Counted from the stretch's first letter, positions 43,285-53,885 are shown. The stretch: 64,000 nt of DNA from Solirubrobacteraceae bacterium (GCA_036264175.1 DATARK010000050.1:2105-66104), one strand, 5' to 3'. A program made the numbers and translations. Notes: generated by a model not told the origin, from the letters alone.

Positions 43285-44684
43285 CGCACGATCGCCAGGC
43301 CCAAGCCCGAGCCGGGGCGCCCGCGCGCCTCGGCGCCGCGGTAGAAGCGGTCGAACACGTGCGCCAGGTCCGCGGCGGAGATGCCCGGGCCGTGATCGCG
43401 CACGGTCAGCTGCCCGCCGTGCAGCGCGATCTCCACAGGTTCGTCGGGCGGGCTGTACTTGGCGGCGTTGTCGACCAGGTTGCTCACCGCACGCTCCAGG
43501 CGCGCCGGCACGCCCACGAGCACCGTCGGCTGCAGCGTCGTCGCGAACGTCGCCGCCGGCGCGTGGCGGCGCGCGCGCTCGACGACCTCCTGCACGAGCA
43601 CGTCCAGGCGCACGTCCTCGGCCGCCGCGTGGCGCTCCTCGCCGCGTGACAGTTCGATCAGGTCGTTCATCAGGCCCGTCAGCTCCTCGATCTGCTCGAC
43701 CACGTCTGCCAGTAGCCGAGCGCGCTCGCGCGCGTCCATGCCCTCGGCCTGCTGCAGGATCTCGATGTTCGTGCGCAGGCTCGTGACCGGCGTGCGCAGC
43801 TCGTGCGAGGCGTCGGCGACGAGCTGGCGCTGCGCGTGCACCGAGTCGTCCAGCGCGCTCATCGAGCGCTCCAGCGCATCGAGCATCGCGTTGAAGCTGC
43901 GCGCCAGGCGTCCGATCTCGTCTTCGCCGACCGACCTGATGCGCCCGCTCAGATCCTGCGTCAGCGCGACGTGCTCGGTGGCCTGCGTGAGGCGCTTGAG
44001 CGGCAGCACCGCAGCGCCGGCGACCAGTCGCCCGAGCAGCGCCGCCAGCGCGATGCCGCCGAGGTCCAGCAGCGCGAGAATCAGTCGCAGGCGGCTGAGC
44101 AGGCTGTCGACTTCGGTCAACGGCTGCGCCAGCTGCACGGCACGGCCTTTGCCAAAGGGCTCGGCCAGCACGCGCAGGTGCAGCCCGTTGACGCGCGCGT
44201 CGCGGAAGAACGGCACGCCTCCTTCGCGAGCCAGCCGGCGCGTTTCGGCGTCCACCGGCAGCGACACGTTGCGCGCCGAGCTGATCACGATCGTGCCCGC
44301 CGCGTTGACCACCTGCTGGTAGCCGCGCACCTGATCGGGACCCGGCGGCAGCCTGCCGAAGAGGTTTTTAGCGACCGGCCCGTAGCGCGGCAGCGCCGCC
44401 GCCTGGTTCTGGCGATCTTCTTCGGAGTCGCGCGAGGCGCCGTCGAGGCCGTTCAGATCGAGCCCCAGCCGTTCGCTGTCTTTCTTGGCGATCGCCGCCG
44501 CCTTGCGCCCAGGCTTCAGATAGCGCTGCAGGCGCCCGGCCGTGCGCGCGCGGCTGTGCAACTGCGCGTCGACCTGGCTGTGCAGCTGGTTCGAGGTCAG
44601 CAGATACGTGAGCATCGACGCGAGCACCACGGCGATCGCCACCGCGGCGGCCGAGGCGAGCGCGATGCGCCGGCGAAAGCTCAT
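43110..44684 (-). CDS. Sensor histidine kinase (MprB-like, HAMP-HisKA-HATPase)
   Basis: [40 protein letters not shown]. Confidence 0.93.
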   Translation of the reverse strand: MSFRRRIALASAAAVAIAVVLASMLTYLLTSNQLHSQVDAQLHSRARTAGRLQRYLKPGRKAAAIAKKDSERLGLDLNGLDGASRDSEEDRQNQAAALPRYGPVAKNLFGRLPPGPDQVRGYQQVVNAAGTIVISSARNVSLPVDAETRRLAREGGVPFFRDARVNGLHLRVLAEPFGKGRAVQLAQPLTEVDSLLSRLRLILALLDLGGIALAALLGRLVAGAAVLPLKRLTQATEHVALTQDLSGRIRSVGEDEIGRLARSFNAMLDALERSMSALDDSVHAQRQLVADASHELRTPVTSLRTNIEILQQAEGMDARERARLLADVVEQIEELTGLMNDLIELSRGEERHAAAEDVRLDVLVQEVVERARRHAPAATFATTLQPTVLVGVPARLERAVSNLVDNAAKYSPPDEPVEIALHGGQLTVRDHGPGISAADLAHVFDRFYRGAEARGRPGSGLGLAIVRQVAEQHRGSVGAESAPGGGTLMRLTLPGAEALEPDASLQGAAAPTPGEGARRERSTV

Positions 44685-45373
44685 GGCGCGTCTCGCAGCA
44701 CGTAGCCGACGCCGCGCACGGTGTGCAGCAGGCGCGGCTCGTCGCCGTCCTCGGTCTTGCGGCGCAGGTAGCCCATGTAGACGCCCAGCGAGTTGGACGT
44801 CGAGCCGAAGTCATAGCCCCACACATGCTCGAAGATCGCCGAGCGCGTGAGCACCTGGCGCGGATGGCGCATGAACATCTCCAGCAGCAGAAACTCCGTG
44901 CGCGTCAGCGCCAGCAGCCGCTCGCCACGCCAGGCCTCGTGTCCCTCGCGGTCCAGGCGCAGATCCTCGAAGCTGAGCGTGCCCGTCTCCTCGTCCTCCT
45001 CGACCGAGCGCCGCAGCAACGCGCGCACGCGCGCCAGCAGCTCGCGCAGCGCGAACGGCTTGACCAGGTAGTCGTCGGCGCCGGCGTCCAGCCCGGCCAC
45101 GCGGTCGTCCACCTGCTCGCGCGCCGTCAGCATCAGCACCGGCGTGCGATCGCCGCCGTCGCGCAGGCGGCGGCACACCTCCAGGCCGTCGACGTAGGGC
45201 ATCGACACGTCCAGAATCACCACCTCGTATGCGGCGTCGGACAGGCGCTGCAGCGCCTCGCGCCCGTCGATCGCCTGCGCGACCTCGTAGCTCTCCAGCG
45301 CCAGCGCGCGCGACAGCGCGTTCTGGACGGCGGGCTCGTCGTCGACGACCAATATGCGGGCTTGCTCGGGCAT
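44681..45373 (-). CDS. OmpR-family response regulator (MprA-like)
   Basis: [36 protein letters not shown]. Confidence 0.93.
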   Translation of the reverse strand: MPEQARILVVDDEPAVQNALSRALALESYEVAQAIDGREALQRLSDAAYEVVILDVSMPYVDGLEVCRRLRDGGDRTPVLMLTAREQVDDRVAGLDAGADDYLVKPFALRELLARVRALLRRSVEEDEETGTLSFEDLRLDREGHEAWRGERLLALTRTEFLLLEMFMRHPRQVLTRSAIFEHVWGYDFGSTSNSLGVYMGYLRRKTEDGDEPRLLHTVRGVGYVLRDAP

Positions 45374-45513
45374 GCGTGCTCGCTCAATCTCGCCGCCGCG
45401 GTTGCTTGTCGGCGGCCGATGCGGGTAACTGCACCTCTGAGGCTACCGTGGCGTGAGCGATCGTCGACCGATGTGATCGCCGTTCCGCCGGCGCGCGAGC
45501 GGATAACGTCAAG

Positions 45514-45530
45514 CCGAGAGGATGCTGAGA
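45514..45530 (-). promoter_or_regulatory. MprA-type tandem hexamer box TCTCAG-N5-TCTCGG
   Basis: Plus strand CCGAGA-GGATG-CTGAGA in the divergent region next to the mprA-like gene. Confidence 0.6.
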
Positions 45531-45651
45531 GCCGTCATGGGAGCCGATCATCGCCACTGAGGCCGACGCGCCCGGCCCCGGCGGCGACGATCCCGGCCCC
45601 GGCCGCGCCGGCCCCGAGCCCGGCGGCGGGCTGCCCGAGGCCGAGCACGTC

Positions 45652-46635
45652 ATGCGCGCGCAGTCGCGCGTGCTGCGAAACAGCGTGCTCAGCCTGCTGG
45701 TGTTCTTCGCGCTGGCCGCCGCGCTGCTGCTGTCCGTGCCCGACCTGCGCACGGCGCTCGATCACATCGCCCACGCCGACCCCGCGTGGCTCGGCGGCGC
45801 CGTCAGCCTGGAGCTGCTGTCGTGCGCCGGCTACGCCGTGCTGTTCGGGCTGGTCTTCGGCATGCTCGGGCGCCGGCTCACCTCGCGCCTGTCGCTGGCC
45901 GAGCTGGCCGTCAACTCCGTCGTGTCGATCAGCGGCCTCGCGGGAATCGCGCTGGGCGCCTGGGTGCTGCGCAGCAAGGGCGTCTCGGTCGACCGCATCG
46001 CGCGGCGCTCGGTGCTGATCTTCGTGCTCACCAGCGCTGTGAACGTCGGCGCGGTCGTGGTCATCGGCGTGCCCATGTGGCTGGGGCTGTTGCCCGGCTC
46101 GCGCAAGGAGGCGCTCACGCTGCTGCCCGCCGCCGCCGCACTGGCGACGATCGCCGGCACGCTCGCGCTCGCCGCCTGGGCACGCCGCGCCGCCGCGCGC
46201 CGCGCGCCCAAGGGCGGCCGGCGCACGGTCGCGCTGAAGGCGCTCGCCGACGGCGTCGCCGACGCGCTGCGGCTGATTCGCGAGCACGATTGGCGGCTGT
46301 TCGGCGCGCTGGCCTACTGGCTGTTCGACAACCTCGCTCTGTGGGCGTGCCTGGCGGCGATCGGCAACGAGCCGTCCTTCTGGGTCGTCGCCATGGCCTA
46401 TCTGGTCGGCATGCTCGCCAACTCCATCCCGATTCCCGGCGGCCTGATCGCCGTCGAAGGCGGCCTCGTCGGCATGCTGCTGCTGTTCGGCGTGCGCCCT
46501 GCCTCGCATGTGGTCGTCGCCGTCGTCATCTACCGCGCCATCTCGCTGTGGATTCCCGCCGTGATCGGCTCGCTGGCCTTTCTCAGCCTGCGTCGTGAGA
46601 TCGGCAAGCCGCTGAGTCCGGGCGTCGCCGGTTAG
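45652..46635 (+). CDS. Lysylphosphatidylglycerol synthase TM-domain (UPF0104) membrane protein
   Basis: PGGLIAVEGG, V..YR.IS.W. Confidence 0.8.
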   Translation: MRAQSRVLRNSVLSLLVFFALAAALLLSVPDLRTALDHIAHADPAWLGGAVSLELLSCAGYAVLFGLVFGMLGRRLTSRLSLAELAVNSVVSISGLAGIALGAWVLRSKGVSVDRIARRSVLIFVLTSAVNVGAVVVIGVPMWLGLLPGSRKEALTLLPAAAALATIAGTLALAAWARRAAARRAPKGGRRTVALKALADGVADALRLIREHDWRLFGALAYWLFDNLALWACLAAIGNEPSFWVVAMAYLVGMLANSIPIPGGLIAVEGGLVGMLLLFGVRPASHVVVAVVIYRAISLWIPAVIGSLAFLSLRREIGKPLSPGVAG

Positions 46636-46686
46636 ACGTCGGCCGGTGTCGCGGCCGGTCGGCCCCGCCGGTACCGGCTCGCCGCT

Positions 46687-47376
46687 CTAGCTCGCCTTCA
46701 GGCTCGCCGCTACCGCCAGCGCCGCGCTCGCCTGCTGGCAGGCGTGGCCGGGTAGGCGCTGCATCACCCGCTGCAGCTGCGCGCTCTGAGCGCCGTGCAG
46801 GCCGGGGCAGTAGACCGGCGGCGGCAGGTCGCCGCCGGCCGCGCCGGGGGCGTTGAGCGGCCGCAGCGCCTGCGTCGCCGCGTAGGCGCGCGCGAACGTG
46901 TTGGAGAAAACGTCGATCGCCACACGGCCGCTGTACAGCTCGATCGAGTGCCCTTCGTCGTACACCGTCGCCGGCACGCCGCGCACCACGGTGTTGCGCT
47001 GGCGTCCCAGCGCGGCGTTGGAGTGCAGGCTGTAGATCACCGTCGTCACCTGCAGCGGCAGCACGCAGCTGCCGCCGCCGAAGATGCCTTTGCCCTTCAC
47101 GCAGTCGCCGTAGTAGACGCTCGTGCCCTGCGAGCTGATGTAGCCCTTCTGCCCGTCCGCCGCCGCCAGCGCGAAGCCGAGAAAGCTGCGCCCCGCCCAG
47201 TACAGGCGAAAGTACGGAAACGTCTGCGCTTCGGCCAGCGTGCCCTTGGCGATCGCTTGCGGGCGGCTCGTGCCGCAGCCACCCAGCGCGACCGCGGCGG
47301 CCAGCGCCAGGCATGCCGTGACGATCGCCGTCGCGCGCGCGCCGAGTGGCCTGGCGGTGAGGTTTGCGATGCGCAT
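46687..47376 (-). CDS. Hypothetical lipoprotein
   Basis: Lipobox LGGC; LYWAG, YGDC..C..PLQV. Confidence 0.7.
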   Translation of the reverse strand: MRIANLTARPLGARATAIVTACLALAAAVALGGCGTSRPQAIAKGTLAEAQTFPYFRLYWAGRSFLGFALAAADGQKGYISSQGTSVYYGDCVKGKGIFGGGSCVLPLQVTTVIYSLHSNAALGRQRNTVVRGVPATVYDEGHSIELYSGRVAIDVFSNTFARAYAATQALRPLNAPGAAGGDLPPPVYCPGLHGAQSAQLQRVMQRLPGHACQQASAALAVAASLKAS

Positions 47377-47472
47377 GGCCGTCATTATCTTGGCGTGCGG
47401 TTGTCCCACACAGCTACTTCAGGGCCTCTCACCGGTTCAGAGGAGTACAGATCCGCCGTCACACAGGCGGGT

Positions 47473-49143
47473 GTGCCGGGGTCCGGTGGGGTAGCACACC
47501 GGACCCCGGTTGATCTTCCCACCAAGCGCGCCCGCACGGCGCCACTGGGGTTGCTGCTCGCTGCAGCGCTGCTGCTCGCCTGGGGCCTGGTCGCGCCGCG
47601 CACGCCCGACCTCGCCGCGGCCGCCTACCGCCTGGACCTGTTCAAGCACCTCGGCCTGGCCGTCTATGACGAGCACTGGTATGCCGGCCACGACCTGCCC
47701 GGCTACAGCGTCATCTTCCCGCCGCTGGCCTGGCTGCTCGGACTGCGCCTCGTCGGCGCGCTCTCGGTGCTGGTTTCGGTGGCCTGCTTCGAAGCGCTCG
47801 CCGTACGTGCCTACGGCCGCTCGGCGCGCTGGGCCACCGCGCTGTTCGCGCTGGCCGCCGTCGGCGACGTGTGGATCGGGCGCCTGGCCTTCGCGCTCGG
47901 CCTGTCCTTCGCGCTCGGCGCCGTGCTCGCTCGCGCGCGCGGGCGCGGCTCGCTCGCCGCGCTGCTGGCCGCTGCCAGCGCCGCCGCGAGCCCCGTCGCC
48001 GGCGTACTGCTGGCGCTCGCCGCGCTCACCGAGACGCTCTGGCGGCGTTCGCCGCGCGCGCTGGCCGTGCTCGCCGCGCCGGCCATCGCCGTCGTGCTGG
48101 CGCTCACGCTGCTGTTCCCCGAGGGCGGCTATGAGCCCTATCCGACGCTCTCGTTCATCGCCACCGCGCTCGTCGTCGGGGCGTTCGCCTGCGCGCTGCC
48201 GCGCGGGCAAGGGCGCCTGCTGCTCGGCGCCGGCCTGTACGCGCTGGCCTGCACGACCTTTCTGCTCGTGCACACGCCGATGGGCAGCAACATCGAGCGC
48301 TACGGCGTGCTGCTGGCCGGGCCGCTGCTGCTGTGCGCGCTGATCGGCGCGCACCGCGATGGCCGCCCCACGTCGCCCGCTGGCCGCTCGCTGGCCGCAG
48401 GCGGCACGCCCGTCGCCGGCGGGGTGGCCGCCGTCGTCGCGCTGGTCGCCTGGGCCGTGTGGGCCGGCTGGGGTCCGCTGCGCGAGACGCTCGCCGTCGC
48501 CGGCAGCCAGTCCACCGGCGCGGCCTACTACGCGCCGGTCGAGCGCTTCCTCGCCGCGCACGCCGGCGAGCCCGTGCGCCTGGAGGTGCCGCTCACGCGC
48601 ACGCACTGGGAGACCGCTGAGCTGGCGCCGCGAGTGTCGCTGGCGCGCGGCTGGGAGAAGCAGCTGGACACGCGCTATGACTCCGTGCTGCTCGCGCCGG
48701 GCCTCGACGCGCTGTCCTACGAGGGCTGGCTGCACGCGCAGGCCGTCTCCTACGTCGCGCTGCCCGACGCCGCGCTGGACCCCTCCAGCGCGCGCGAGGG
48801 CCGGCTGATCCGTTCGGGCCTGCCCTACCTGCACGAGGTGTTCGCCAACCGCCATTGGCGCATCTACGCCGTCGTCGCGCCCACGCCCGTGCTCAGCGGC
48901 CCCGGTCGCCTCGTCTCGCTCGGGCACGAGTCGTTCGCGCTGTACGCGCGCTCGCCCGGCAGCTTTCTCGTGCGCGTGCGCTTCACGCGCTACTTCACCG
49001 TCGCCGCCGGCGACGGCTGCGTCGATCGCTCGAGCGGCGGTTGGACGCGTGTCGTGGCGCGAGCGCCCGGACCGCTGCTAGTGCGCGCCAGCTTCTCGCT
49101 GGGCCGCGCGCTCGGTCTTGCGGGCTCGTGTCACAGCGGCTGA
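47473..49143 (+). CDS. Polytopic membrane protein (GT-C-like; start uncertain)
   Basis: DLAAA, WYAGH..PGYS, many TM helices, LARGWEKQLD. Confidence 0.7.
   Translation: MPGSGGVAHRTPVDLPTKRARTAPLGLLLAAALLLAWGLVAPRTPDLAAAAYRLDLFKHLGLAVYDEHWYAGHDLPGYSVIFPPLAWLLGLRLVGALSVLVSVACFEALAVRAYGRSARWATALFALAAVGDVWIGRLAFALGLSFALGAVLARARGRGSLAALLAAASAAASPVAGVLLALAALTETLWRRSPRALAVLAAPAIAVVLALTLLFPEGGYEPYPTLSFIATALVVGAFACALPRGQGRLLLGAGLYALACTTFLLVHTPMGSNIERYGVLLAGPLLLCALIGAHRDGRPTSPAGRSLAAGGTPVAGGVAAVVALVAWAVWAGWGPLRETLAVAGSQSTGAAYYAPVERFLAAHAGEPVRLEVPLTRTHWETAELAPRVSLARGWEKQLDTRYDSVLLAPGLDALSYEGWLHAQAVSYVALPDAALDPSSAREGRLIRSGLPYLHEVFANRHWRIYAVVAPTPVLSGPGRLVSLGHESFALYARSPGSFLVRVRFTRYFTVAAGDGCVDRSSGGWTRVVARAPGPLLVRASFSLGRALGLAGSCHSG
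47476..47509. repeat. Perfect 13-bp inverted repeat (REP-like)
   Basis: CCGGGGTCCGGTG-GGGTAGCA-CACCGGACCCCGG. Confidence 0.75.
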
Positions 49144-49173
49144 GCAGGCGTAGTCGAGGCTTCGCTGCGCCGG

Positions 49174-50448
49174 TCAGCGCGGCGCGAACGCGTACAGGCC
49201 TGAAAGGCCCGTCAGATAGATGTTCTTGCCGTCGCTGATCACCGGATCGAAGGAGCCCGTGCCCAGCTGGAAGGTCGGGCGTCCGGTGGAGATGCCCAAA
49301 CCGTAGGTGCGGTGCGTGCCGAGGTCGGCGAAGTAGACCGTGCGACCAACGATCGTCGCCGAGCCGGAGATCTTGCCGTGCGCGGCGAACTTCCACGCGA
49401 TCTGCCCCGAGCGTGCGTTCAGCGCGTAGAAGGTGCCGTCGTAGGAGCCCAGGTAGATCGTCGGGCCCAGGCCCGGCGCGTTGGTGACGGCCGGCGAGGC
49501 GTACACATACGCGCCCGTCTGCACCGCCCAGTCCAGCTTGCCCGTGCCGGCGTCGTAGGCATACACGCGACCGTCGGTGTTGCCCAGGAAGATGCGCCCG
49601 TAGAAGGCCGCAGGCGTCGAGTAGAACGTGCCGCTGCCCAACAGCGCGCCGCCCGAGCCGCTGATCCAGATGCGCCGTCCCGTGCGCTCGCTGACCGCCT
49701 GCACGTGCCCGGAGTAGTCGCCGAAGTACAGCTTGCCTTCGCTCAGCGTCGGGCTGGCCTTGACCGCCCCGGCGGCGTGGTAGGTCCAGATCACGCTGCC
49801 GTTGCTCGCGTTCAGCGCGTACACCGTGCCGTTCTGCGAGCCGAAGAACAGCTTGCCGTGGTCCAGCAGCGGCGAGGACTCGCTCGCGCTGGGCAGATCG
49901 CGCGACCAGCGCGTCGCGCCCGTTGCGTAGTTCAGCGCATACACGCGCCCGGCGCCGCTGTTGCCGCTGGACAGCACGCTGGCGAACACCGTCTTGCCGG
50001 CCACCGCTGGCGAGGACGCCGACAGGTGTCCCAGGCTGCGCCGCCAGAAGCTGTGCCCGGTGCGCTTGTTCAGCGCGCGAATCACGCCGTCGTCGCCCAG
50101 CTGGAAGATGTGGTCGCCGCCGATCACCGGCGGGAACTCCAGCAGCGTGTGCGCGTTGTTCACCCACACCTGCTTGAACGGCGCGTGCAGCGTCGCCGGC
50201 GCGGGAAAGAAGCGCGTGTGGTTCTTGGTGTATCCGTACAGCGGCCACGACGTTTCGACTTCAGCCGGCGCCGGCGCAGGCGTCGGCTCGGGCACGAAGC
50301 GCGCGTGCGGGTGGTAGATGCTGCCCGTGCGGTCGCGCTCGTAGAAATACGCCGCCAGGCCCACCCCGACCAGCAGCGCGATCGCGCCGGCGACGATCAG
50401 GCGGGCACGTTTGGAGCGCGGCAACAGGCGCTTGAGACGGTCGCTCAT
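49174..50448 (-). CDS. Membrane-anchored PQQ-like (BamB-type) beta-propeller protein
   Basis: N-terminal TM; repeated SP....G..Y.G..DG..YAL.A..G...W blades. Confidence 0.85.
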   Translation of the reverse strand: MSDRLKRLLPRSKRARLIVAGAIALLVGVGLAAYFYERDRTGSIYHPHARFVPEPTPAPAPAEVETSWPLYGYTKNHTRFFPAPATLHAPFKQVWVNNAHTLLEFPPVIGGDHIFQLGDDGVIRALNKRTGHSFWRRSLGHLSASSPAVAGKTVFASVLSSGNSGAGRVYALNYATGATRWSRDLPSASESSPLLDHGKLFFGSQNGTVYALNASNGSVIWTYHAAGAVKASPTLSEGKLYFGDYSGHVQAVSERTGRRIWISGSGGALLGSGTFYSTPAAFYGRIFLGNTDGRVYAYDAGTGKLDWAVQTGAYVYASPAVTNAPGLGPTIYLGSYDGTFYALNARSGQIAWKFAAHGKISGSATIVGRTVYFADLGTHRTYGLGISTGRPTFQLGTGSFDPVISDGKNIYLTGLSGLYAFAPR

Positions 50449-50464
50449 GGTCGAAGGCGCCGCT

Positions 50465-50791
50465 TCAGGCGGCGATCTTGCGCGAGCGCGCAGCCGGCGC
50501 GGCCGGCGCGGAGGTCCTGGCCTGCGGCTGCGGCTGCTCTGCGAGCGCGCCGCTGCTTGCGCGCTTCGCCGTCGCGTGCTGCGCACGAGTGTGCCCGCGG
50601 TCGCGCGAGCGACGCGCGATCAGCCGTGCGGCCGTCAGCACGAGCAGCCACACACAGGCGATCGTCAACGGCGGCAACGTCAACCCGGAAACGAGCGCGA
50701 GCACGTCGTGATTTGCGTTCAGCGACCAATTCCACAGCAGATAGTCGCCGATCGTGAGCCCGGTGACGGTGGCCAGAGGCCTGTGGGACAC
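50465..50791 (-). CDS. Small two-TM membrane protein
   Basis: GDYLLWNWSL, ALVSGLTL; TAGACT-N6-GTG leaderless start. Confidence 0.6.
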   Translation of the reverse strand: MSHRPLATVTGLTIGDYLLWNWSLNANHDVLALVSGLTLPPLTIACVWLLVLTAARLIARRSRDRGHTRAQHATAKRASSGALAEQPQPQARTSAPAAPAARSRKIAA

Positions 50792-50890
50792 GCACGCAGT
50801 CTAAACGCACACCACGACGGATGAAACGAGCATCGGACGCGCGTTCGGGCGCGGGCGCCCGGCGCGCGCTTGTGTAGCTTGCCTGTCGAG

Positions 50891-51664
50891 GTGTCGCCAG
50901 AGCAACAGTCAGCGCCGGTCAGAGCGCTTCGCGCGACCGTCTCGGGGCGCGTGCAGAACGTCGGCTTTCGTGACGCCACCGTGCGTCGCGCGCGCCAGCT
51001 CGGCGTGCTGGGCTGGGTGCGCAACGACGGACATGGCGACGTGCTCGTGCACGCCGAGGGCCCGCGCGCGGGCGTGCAGCGGCTGCTCGAGTTCTTGCAA
51101 GAGGGTCCGCGCGGTGCCTCGGTGGAGCAGGTTGCCGTGGAGGATGTGCGCCGCGAGGGGCACGAGCAGTTCGCCGTGCGCGGCGTCAGCGCCGGCGTGT
51201 TCGTCGTGCAGGAGCACGCCGCCACTGCACACCACTTCGACCTGCGCCTGGAGGTCGACGGCGCGATGCGCTCGTGGGCCGTGCCCAAGGGGCCGTCGAT
51301 GGACCCCGCGGTCAAGCGCCTGGCCGTGCAGGTCGAGGACCACTCGCTCGAGCACAACAGCTTCGAGGGCGCCACCGACCACGGCGGCGTGATCGTGTGG
51401 GACCGCGGCAGTTACGAGCAGGGCGGGCGCGTCGCCTGGCCCGAGGCGCTGCAGCGCGGCCACGCCGTGTTCGTGCTGCACGGCCACAAGCTGCGCGGCG
51501 GCTTTGCGCTTCAGCGCACCGGCCGCGGCGGCGACAAGCCGCAGTGGCTGCTGATCAAGCGCCGCGACGACGAGGCGCGCGGCGGCTCGGACGTGGCAGC
51601 CGAGCGCGCGGAGTCGGTCGTGAGCGGAAAGACGCTCGAGCAGATCGTGGGGGAGGGCGGGTAG
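50891..51664 (+). CDS. Acylphosphatase fused to LigD-type 3'-phosphoesterase domain
   Basis: GRVQNVGFR and GWVRN, then FVVQEH.A..HFDLRLE, SWAVPKGPS, VEDH, VWDRG. Confidence 0.85.
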   Translation: MSPEQQSAPVRALRATVSGRVQNVGFRDATVRRARQLGVLGWVRNDGHGDVLVHAEGPRAGVQRLLEFLQEGPRGASVEQVAVEDVRREGHEQFAVRGVSAGVFVVQEHAATAHHFDLRLEVDGAMRSWAVPKGPSMDPAVKRLAVQVEDHSLEHNSFEGATDHGGVIVWDRGSYEQGGRVAWPEALQRGHAVFVLHGHKLRGGFALQRTGRGGDKPQWLLIKRRDDEARGGSDVAAERAESVVSGKTLEQIVGEGG

Positions 51665-52708
51665 TCAGCCGATCGTGGCCACGTCGATGACGAAGCGGTA
51701 GCGCACGTCTGAGCGCTCGACGCGGCCGTAGGCGTCGTCCACCTGGCCGGCGTCGATCAGCTCGATCGCCGGCTTGACGCCGTGCTCGGCGCAGAAGTCG
51801 AGCATCTCCTGCGTCTCGCGCAGACCGCCGATCGGCGACCCGGCCATGCTGCGACGCGAGCCGATCAGCGAGAAGGCGCCGAAGGTGTCGGGCTGGGATG
51901 GCGCGCCGACGCTGACCAGCGTGCCGTCGACGCGCAGCAGGCGCAGGTAGGAGTCGAGCCTGAGGTTGGCCGAGACCGTGTTGAGGATCAGATCGAAGCC
52001 GTTCTTCAGCGTTTTGAAGGTCTCGCGCTCGGACGTCGCGTAGTAGTGCTTGGCGCCGAAGCGCAGCCCGTCCTCGCGCTTGTTGAGCGTCTGGCTGAGC
52101 ACCGTCACCTCGGCGCCCAGCGCGGCGGCGATCTGCACGCCGACGTGGCCCAGGCCGCCCATGCCGACGACCGCCACTTTCATGCCCTCGCCGACTTTCC
52201 AGTGGCGCAGCGGCGAGTACGTCGTGATGCCCGCGCACAGCAGCGGCGCGGCCTCCTGCAGCTCCAGGCCGTCGGGAATCGTCACGACGAAGCGGTCCTT
52301 GACGACGACCTGCTGGCTGTAGCCACCGTACGTCGGCTCGCCGTCGTACTCGCGCCCGTTGTACGTCGGCACGGCGCCCTTGGTGCAGAACTGCTCCTCG
52401 CCGGCCTCACAGTACTCGCACTCGCCGCAGCTGTCCACGAGACAGCCCACGCCGACGCGGTCGCCCTCGGAGAAGCGCTCGACGTCCGCGCCGACGGACG
52501 CGACGATGCCCACGATCTCGTGGCCGGGAACCATCGGGAACAGCGAGTTGCCCCACTCGTCTTTGACCTGATGGATATCGCTGTGGCAGATGCCGCAGAA
52601 CTTGATGTCGATCAGCACGTCGCGCGGGCCGAGCTCACGGCGCTGGATCGTGGTCGTGTCGAGCGGCGCGCCGGCGGAGGGCGCGCTCAGGGCTGGCGTC
52701 GTGGACAT
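51665..52708 (-). CDS. NADPH-dependent Zn alcohol dehydrogenase (cinnamyl ADH-like)
   Basis: CGICHSD, GHEIVG, structural-Zn Cys cluster, GMGGLG, RYRFVID. Confidence 0.94.
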   Translation of the reverse strand: MSTTPALSAPSAGAPLDTTTIQRRELGPRDVLIDIKFCGICHSDIHQVKDEWGNSLFPMVPGHEIVGIVASVGADVERFSEGDRVGVGCLVDSCGECEYCEAGEEQFCTKGAVPTYNGREYDGEPTYGGYSQQVVVKDRFVVTIPDGLELQEAAPLLCAGITTYSPLRHWKVGEGMKVAVVGMGGLGHVGVQIAAALGAEVTVLSQTLNKREDGLRFGAKHYYATSERETFKTLKNGFDLILNTVSANLRLDSYLRLLRVDGTLVSVGAPSQPDTFGAFSLIGSRRSMAGSPIGGLRETQEMLDFCAEHGVKPAIELIDAGQVDDAYGRVERSDVRYRFVIDVATIG

Positions 52709-52793
52709 GTGGCTCCTAGCGGTTCGGTCGTCGCGGGTGCGGCTGCGTGCTCAACGTAACAGCCGATCGTCAGCCGCCCATCACGGCCAGAGA

Positions 52794-53885
52794 CTAGGCG
52801 CGCTTGGCGATGCGCATGAGCACCAGCCGCCACGCGCATCTGGCCTGCTCAGGGCGCTGCTCGATCGCCGCGCGCACGCGCTCGTAGAACCCGTCGGCGA
52901 GCGCAGCGACCTGCTCAGCCGGTCGCTGCTGGGACAGCGCCGCGAACAGCGACGGCTCGGAGAACGCTCGTAGAAACCCGGCGGCGCTGGCGGCGTATGC
53001 GGCCGTGTCGCCGCTCGCCTCAAGGCGCTGCCACAGCGGATCGTCGAGATCGGTCTGCGTGCACTCCTCCAGCGCAAACGAGCCGTCCGGCCCGTCGCTC
53101 GCGAGCGGCTCGGTGAACTCCTCGGCGGTGCGGTAGTAGGTAGGCAGGACCATGCGCTCGTAGTCCTCGCGCGCGAGCAGGCCATCGGCGACCATCGTCT
53201 GCAGCGCGGCGTTGGCCAGCTCCATCAAGCCCTCCGCGCCCGAGCGCCCCTGCTCGTCGGCGCCGCTGCCGACGACCACGAGCTGTCCGCCCGGCCTGAG
53301 CTCCACCAGGCGATGGCCGAGAAACCGCCGCCAGTCGTCGGCCGCGCGCCGCGCGAAGTCCGCGCGCTGCTGCGGTCCGGCCAGCGGCGAGAAGATCTGA
53401 TCTCCCAGCACGCAGGGAACGGCGCTGAGCCAGTGCACGGTGATCGAGCTCCAGCCGAGCGACACGGTGGCGCCGGGCAGCAGGCGCTCGTAGAAGGAAC
53501 GCCCGATCGCGAAGGCGAACACGTTGGCCCGATCTCGTAGGTAGCTGTGTGGGTCTGACTGCAGCGTCTCGAACAGCGCCGCGAAGTCGTTGGCGGGCAG
53601 ATCGGTGTGCACGACGGAGATCGGCTCCTGCGCCACCACGCGTTCGCGTAGCGTGTCGATCGCGGCGCTCATCGGCGTTAGCGAGTTGCGCCCCTGCGAC
53701 GAGCCGTAGTCGACGATCGTGATGCGCTCGAGCGCGTGGGGCGGGAGTGCCGCGGCCGCTCGCTGGAGCATCGGCACGCCGTCCTCGCCGGCGACGTGCT
53801 GCGGCTGGGAGTGCTCGTTGTAGACCCCCTTGCCGGCCATCACCGATGTGCCGGCGCGCGTCTGCGGCGTGCGGCTCTGCGTCAT
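52794..53885 (-). CDS. SAM-dependent carboxyl methyltransferase (SABATH/Methyltransf_7-like)
   Basis: M.G.G.Y..HS..Q, DYGSSQG.NS, TDLPANDF..LF, GRSFY.RL.P, HWLS.VP. Confidence 0.82.
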   Translation of the reverse strand: MTQSRTPQTRAGTSVMAGKGVYNEHSQPQHVAGEDGVPMLQRAAAALPPHALERITIVDYGSSQGRNSLTPMSAAIDTLRERVVAQEPISVVHTDLPANDFAALFETLQSDPHSYLRDRANVFAFAIGRSFYERLLPGATVSLGWSSITVHWLSAVPCVLGDQIFSPLAGPQQRADFARRAADDWRRFLGHRLVELRPGGQLVVVGSGADEQGRSGAEGLMELANAALQTMVADGLLAREDYERMVLPTYYRTAEEFTEPLASDGPDGSFALEECTQTDLDDPLWQRLEASGDTAAYAASAAGFLRAFSEPSLFAALSQQRPAEQVAALADGFYERVRAAIEQRPEQARCAWRLVLMRIAKRA

